A stretch of 64,000 nucleotides of DNA from positions 50,158,001 through 50,222,000 of the forward strand of contig CM060733.1 of the NCBI GenBank assembly GCA_030704615.1. The letters are read 5' to 3'. How positions within the stretch are numbered: the first letter of the stretch is position 1; each line of letters begins with the position of its first letter. Below are positions 58,769 to 64,000 of this stretch, one piece after another. A model generated the notes under the pieces. The model was not told where the DNA came from. It saw only the letters and a list, made by a program, of their open reading frames with translations, and made no database searches. The stretch is from Takakia lepidozioides. Lineage: Eukaryota > Plantae > Bryophyta. Position numbers and translations under genes: made by a program.

Positions 58769-60735
58769 GTGAGCTCACTCACCTGTCTCCAGTCCGTGTC
58801 TCTATCTGTTTTGAGTAGCCGGCGAAAGTGATGACACCCCACACACAAGTTAACTCATCATGAGGCCATTGTCAAAAGAGGGAATTATCATCAAGTAGAA
58901 GGTGCCTCTTAGCTACCCTGATTTTGGCCTCTCTGGCTTTCTCTCCCCCTCTCTCTCTCTCAAACAACATCTTTTCCATCTTGTGGCTGGCAGTCACAAC
59001 AACACCATCAGAGTCTTCATTATGAGTCCTCAGCACTGACCGGGGTTTCCTGTTCTAGATGTGGAGTTAATAGGCTTAAAGTCCACATTATTTTGGGTTT
59101 TATTCCTATCTTGATATGCTATAAACCACACATATCACTTTAGGTTCTGACAGCACTGGATGAACACTTAGCTCCCTTGTAGCTGTGACTGGGTAGCTGC
59201 TGCTTGTCAAAAGGACGACTGTCATGTGAGATAAGAACCAAAATTGGTGCTTCCACTTCCACTTTGAAAGCACTTCTTGGCTACAAATGTATGAGCCTTA
59301 GCTTAAAAATTGTAGTGGGACATTTGCATCAGCAGGTCTCAGCAATATCCAACAAGAGACTGGTCTAAGTGTGGGTTTAGGATCTTGATTGTTCACCAAA
59401 AGCTGTAACCAAGTTAGGGTGCATTGGTGGAGTGACTATGGATTCAGAGACAGATGTGAAACCCAACAAGACCTGTTCTCTGCCAGGGCATGCTACTGCT
59501 TGATTTGTTATCAATCGGCCTCAAACTCCACTTTGCAAACCTCTCGTCTCTTTAAACGCGATTTGTCCCTCTTATCTACGTCCTCTCAGAAGCTTCAAAG
59601 AGAACCTGAGAACCTGAGAACCTTGGAGCTTTCTGAAGCTACCTTCCTGCTTCCCAGTTCATAGAAAGAAAATTACTGCAAATTTGTTTCTATCCTTGGC
59701 AGGTCAGTTTTCTAGTTACTTGGTGTGCTTTATTTGGGAGTTTGGTCGACCCTGCTTTTGGAAGAACATAGAGTTTGCCAAAGGAGACAAAAAATTCTCT
59801 CCTCCCAGATCTGCGGCATGAAGTCCATGAAAGGTCCTCAACTTCCACATTAAGAGGAAGTAGAAGCTTTCAACTGAACAAGGCCCATAGCAGATTTCCC
59901 CTCATGTATGTGGAACAATTTGCTTCAAAATGCTGGATTTGATGGAACTTGGTGAGTTACAAAACTTAGTCAAGACTTGAGGCTACTCGATACTTCCGAT
60001 TAGCCAGGTGGCGGATTTTGTGTCGAAGACAGTTTAAGATAATGGGTACCATCACATTTAAGTTCAGCGAACCTGAAGCAAGCTTCTTCTTTTTTTGGTG
60101 GGGGGGATGCATTTAACTGTAAGTTGGAACACTAACTAACTGTTGCAGACACTAACTGAAAAGTGCAAGTGGGCAGGGCCCTAAGCACTACTCCTCTCTA
60201 AGTTGTTCAATTCAACCTGCTGATCTAACTACTTTCGTGGTTCTCTCGCTCACAGTGTCGCTTGCCCTAATGCCACTGGACAGTAAGTCTCAAACCCTGC
60301 ACTAGAAGTCTTGAATATATAATTGTTTGAAGTGACGTGACATGTGCAATTAAGATGGTCATTTCCCAAGGGCAATTGCAAAACAAGCCAGTAGTGAGAT
60401 CCAGTCTTTGGGTAGCCAAAGAATTACCGAATTACACACAATACACAAGCAAGGAAATATAACCATAAGGTTTAACAGTGACATCTTGTTGCAAGTACAG
60501 GTGGAGCAGAAAAAAATATAACATATTGTTGCATCGCACTTTGCACCTAACTTCCCAACAAAGCGGTGTAGCATCAACCTCGATCTGAGAGAGACAACCA
60601 CAGTTCTATAGATTAACGTGATTAATTTTAAAGTCGCACTCTTAGGTTTTAATTCTCCTAAAAAATCCACCGATATATACTTTCAGCTACCCCCGCCTCT
60701 CTATCTCTCTCTCTACACCATACATACAAACAACC

Positions 60736-61470
60736 ATGTCAACATCAGAAATAGCCGACACAATAGACACTGTAACAGACAAAGACATAACCCACCAAGA
60801 CATGACAAACGTGATATACGACAGTTTCACGTCCAATGACCATCATGCCCTTAAGGTGGGGAACACGTGGAAGCGCCTGCCCAACAGTACAAACTTCCAC
60901 AGCGCCTTGTGGAACGTCCCTTCGGACCGTGAAGAAATAGCAATCTTCGTAGGTATTGCAAAATTCCCCTACCTTGGCAAAACCGGGAATTACAGATTCG
61001 TGACTTTCGCCGAAGAACTAAAAGACGCAAAATTCACAATATTGATAGAAGACAGCCATTTCCAGTTCGACTACGCAAATACAATAACGGAATGGTCCGA
61101 TCATTGGAAGAGGAGAGGCGAGGACATGAGGTGGATGGGTGAAAACAACATGAGCTTCACGAAAAAGCTCCTAAAAAACAACACAAACAACTCTGGATCG
61201 ACGTCCAATAACAACAAACGTCACAAAACAAACAATGACGGGATGTACAATACAATAGAAGTCCTTAACGAAAATGGCCAAAAAATGGATGGACAATCCA
61301 TACGTTCAGGGGATCTCGTTGCAATCAAGTGTAACATCCGATATTGGATGAATTTCCGTCACAAGAAACACGGGCTTTCATTCCAATTAAAAGGGGTCAA
61401 ACTGCTGGCCAAAGCATCAGAAGAGACAGAATCGAACGACGACAACTGGAGCAAAAGCATAGCTTGGTAG
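60736..61470 (+). CDS. Intact intronless 244-aa ORF; probable OB-fold ssDNA-binding protein of T7 gp2.5/DUF2815-like type
   Basis: IEVLNENGQKMDGQSIRSGDLVAIKCNIRYW...HGLSFQLKGVKLL, then an acidic tail ending in an aromatic residue (W). Confidence 0.55.
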   Translation: MSTSEIADTIDTVTDKDITHQDMTNVIYDSFTSNDHHALKVGNTWKRLPNSTNFHSALWNVPSDREEIAIFVGIAKFPYLGKTGNYRFVTFAEELKDAKFTILIEDSHFQFDYANTITEWSDHWKRRGEDMRWMGENNMSFTKKLLKNNTNNSGSTSNNNKRHKTNNDGMYNTIEVLNENGQKMDGQSIRSGDLVAIKCNIRYWMNFRHKKHGLSFQLKGVKLLAKASEETESNDDNWSKSIAW

Positions 61471-61705
61471 AGCTTAAATTAGACACTTCTAAACGTTCCA
61501 TGTAAGGACCACCATATTTTATAAAGACCATCCTCCTTCTCCTTTTCAAAAAGTCTATATTTTTCCAATGCATGCTCACAACGAATAATAAAAAAATACT
61601 GATTTATCATAGTCCAAATGTACTTGTTGTATCAAGACGACCCATGGAAAACACCTCCAACTCTCTCTCAAGTTCCTCCAGTATGGCCCATCCGTCCAGG
61701 CGTCC

Positions 61706-61751
61706 TTCTCAGAAGTCGTCGCTAGTAGTGCGGAGCAACACGAAGCCCTAG
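61706..61751 (+). mobile_element. Helitron-like 3' terminus (copy 2)
   Basis: Ends CTAG followed by T; near-identical to 40658-40703. Confidence 0.55.
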
Positions 61752-62325
61752 TTTATTTAAATTGCTTTTGTGATACATAGATGTAGCATAGGTGTGTTGG
61801 TTAGTCTGTAGTGTCTTAGAAATGTTATAACGTAGAGGTCTTAGGTTCAAGTATGCATTGCATGATATATATATAACAATGAACATATCGCCATTAGACA
61901 GAACCGGAGTCAATGGTCAACAAGTTTTTTAAATTCAAATTTCAAATTCAAATTTTTCCCGCCTAAATTCAAATGTACCCCCTTAAATTGCGACGTCCGG
62001 GCACCGCACTTTGCGACCCCCCCCCCCCCCCCCCCCACGGTGCTAATTCAGCAATGCAGAGTAGGGGTTTTTATTTATTTATTTATTTGACGACGCCCGG
62101 CGTCGCAAATTTGGTTCTTCCCCCCTACCCGAAAAGGGCTGTTTTACGACGCGGCGGCGTGGCCGCGACGTCGAAACCCCCCCCCCCCCCCCATTTTTTG
62201 TGTAGTGCATGTGATGCAGAATGCAGATCACATAGGTTGGAATGTACGAGTTCCAGTACATGAGCAGGTCTATGTGTTGCTAGGTCTATGTGTTGCTTGT
62301 TTTAGAGCTTTCATGATGTTGTTTC

Positions 62326-62942
62326 CAGTGTTGGGCGGATATAGAATGATCCGGATATCAGAATTAGTGTATCCGAATCCGGATCCGGCAGCTCTTTGAA
62401 TATATCCGACTACTATTTATATCCGGGGATACATAAAACAGAGGATCCGGATAGGATCTTAGCCGCCGGATATATAAAAAAGATTAATACCGGATTGTAT
62501 CCGGTGTAGCAAACATACCATATCTCAACCCGATATAAGAAGGGTTAAGAAAGAAACAAATTAATAGAAATTTAATAAAATATAAAATAATAATATTTAT
62601 TACATTTTGTTTTTTTGAGAACAGGGTTAATTTCCCTGATTAATTTTATTCATAAGTTATATTAGAATTGTAATGATTTAAATGATTAAATGAAAAAATT
62701 TAAAGATATTATTTTTATGATTCATATATCCGGATTACTCTATAACCGCAGGATATTATGATCTGAATATCTGGACTTATTTATATCCTGCAGATTTTAA
62801 AAAACTTCTACTATGCATAACTAGCGGATATTAGAAATGCAGATTATTCTAATATCCGGATCCACAGGATATATGATTCTCTAATTTGTGAAGTATCCGG
62901 ACCCGGCGGATATTAAAAAAAGCTAAGAACCGCCCAACACTG
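62326..62942. mobile_element. 617-bp non-autonomous hAT-type element
   Basis: 13-bp TIR CAGTGTTGGGCGG / CCGCCCAACACTG; perfect 8-bp TSD GTTGTTTC (62318-62325, 62943-62950); many ATCCGG/CCGGAT subterminal motifs. Confidence 0.92.
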
Positions 62943-62989
62943 GTTGTTTCCCCTCCTTGTATCCCTAATAAATGTGCGAAGATAGATTG

Positions 62990-64000
62990 ATAGGAGGTAT
63001 GCCAGAGTGGCCAGGCCCTTAGTGGGAAGGAAGTGTACACTTTGAGGATTAAGGTGTCCAAGTCTATGATGCCATAGCCAAGAAGGATCTTCGACTGAGC
63101 AAATCTGAGTTGGTATCTTTTGCTGCAAAGTATTTTTTGTCGTCATGTACAGCCCAGTTGTTTTGTCTGGGGTTCCATGGCCAATGACATTCACAATCAA
63201 TCATTGATTGTCATTAAAGGTCAAGATTAAGAGAGTCCCCAACTGAAAGTAAATTTTTGGTAAGATTTGGCACATAAAGAACATCATCAATCTTTATTTC
63301 CCCATTTGTGAAGGCAAGATTCACAGTGCCTCTGCCCTAAATGGCATGAGGTTCTCGTCCTACAGTCTTAAGATATGACTATGTGATCTGGGGGAGCTAT
63401 CGAATGAAAGTCCGTTCTCTCTGCTGCTACGTGCCTAGATGCACCTGAGTCAATGTACCAATCTGTCTCCGTCCTAAATCTAGGGCATTGACGCTACATT
63501 CAAAAAGATCGAGAGATGTGTGTTCTTCATCGGTGAATTTGCTTTGGTTTGAGCCAACGTCCACTGCGTTGGCATGTGGACGATGCGCATTACGGCGTTC
63601 CCGAGCTCTCGTTGCCATTTCTTTTGCCAGCTTGGAACAGCTCCGCATGAGGTGGGCCCATGTCACCACAGAAGTTGCATGGTCCAAGTGTTCTTGGTCG
63701 GAAAGAGCTCCTCGACTGATCGTCATTTGATGTTTGAAAGAATCTGTTTGGTTCACCGCTAGATGGACGTCGACCTTGGTAGCCAGAATGGTGGAAAGAA
63801 TGATTCCTCATTCTTACCATGAGGGCTTCTGAGTTATCGCTTCCTCCCATAGCCTTAGCTCTAAACGTGAGTTCCCTCTCTTCTTGCAGCAACCTGCTCG
63901 AAACTTCAGCAGATTCAGTTGGTAGTTGCGTGTTGCCCGTTGAAGGACTATAATTTTCGGTGTCGTTTGATAGCATCTTTGTGATGACGGACATTCTCAT
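62990..64000 (-). mobile_element. Ty1/copia fragment (gag knuckle, protease, GAG-pre-integrase), truncated
   Basis: CNFCGDMG-HLMRSC across a frameshift, WYIDSGASRH, LWHHRLGHLN. Confidence 0.88.

Larger units (their letters stand above)
48400..61751 (+). mobile_element. Putative large Helitron (RepHel-Ulp1, CTF8 fragment, SSB-like ORF, CTAG end); 5' end not defined
   Basis: RepHel and SSB-like ORFs lie on the same strand with similar A/C-rich composition; a Helitron-like end lies 280 bp after the SSB ORF. That this is a single element is inferred. Confidence 0.5.

Overview
Eukaryotic, transposon-dense land-plant DNA. PLS-class PPR-DYW genes, GT-AG introns and the TE families suggest a bryophyte or other non-seed plant (inference). 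In order: (1) the right part of a Mutator-like element, MULE-1 (<1-9735), with a minus-strand GCM-type transposase, about 28 helically phased copies of a 16-bp palindrome (ATTTCGGCGCCGAAAT), and a divergent 9-exon accessory gene encoding a ParB/Srx-like domain plus a beta-class N4/N6 methyltransferase-like domain; (2) a Ty3/gypsy pol with a C5-cytosine methyltransferase between protease and RT; (3) a 500-N gap; (4) a further MULE transposase fragment; (5) a second, non-chromoviral gypsy with LTR, PBS and extra 5' and 3' ORFs; (6) a decayed tandem cluster of PPR/PPR-DYW genes, interrupted by a related, internally deleted MULE-2 (29310-38773, TSD and degenerate TIRs, about 6 kb array of a different 36-bp palindrome) and by a LINE; (7) a Helitron RepHel-Ulp1 gene followed by a CTF8 fragment, an intronless phage-gp2.5-like SSB ORF and a Helitron-like 3' end; (8) a non-autonomous hAT element and a copia fragment. 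The best candidate for an undescribed system is the MULE family pairing a ParB/MTase-fold accessory protein with element-specific phased palindrome arrays, reminiscent of ParB-parS and of VANDAL/VANC anti-silencing. All domain calls are motif recognition by eye; no searches were run.
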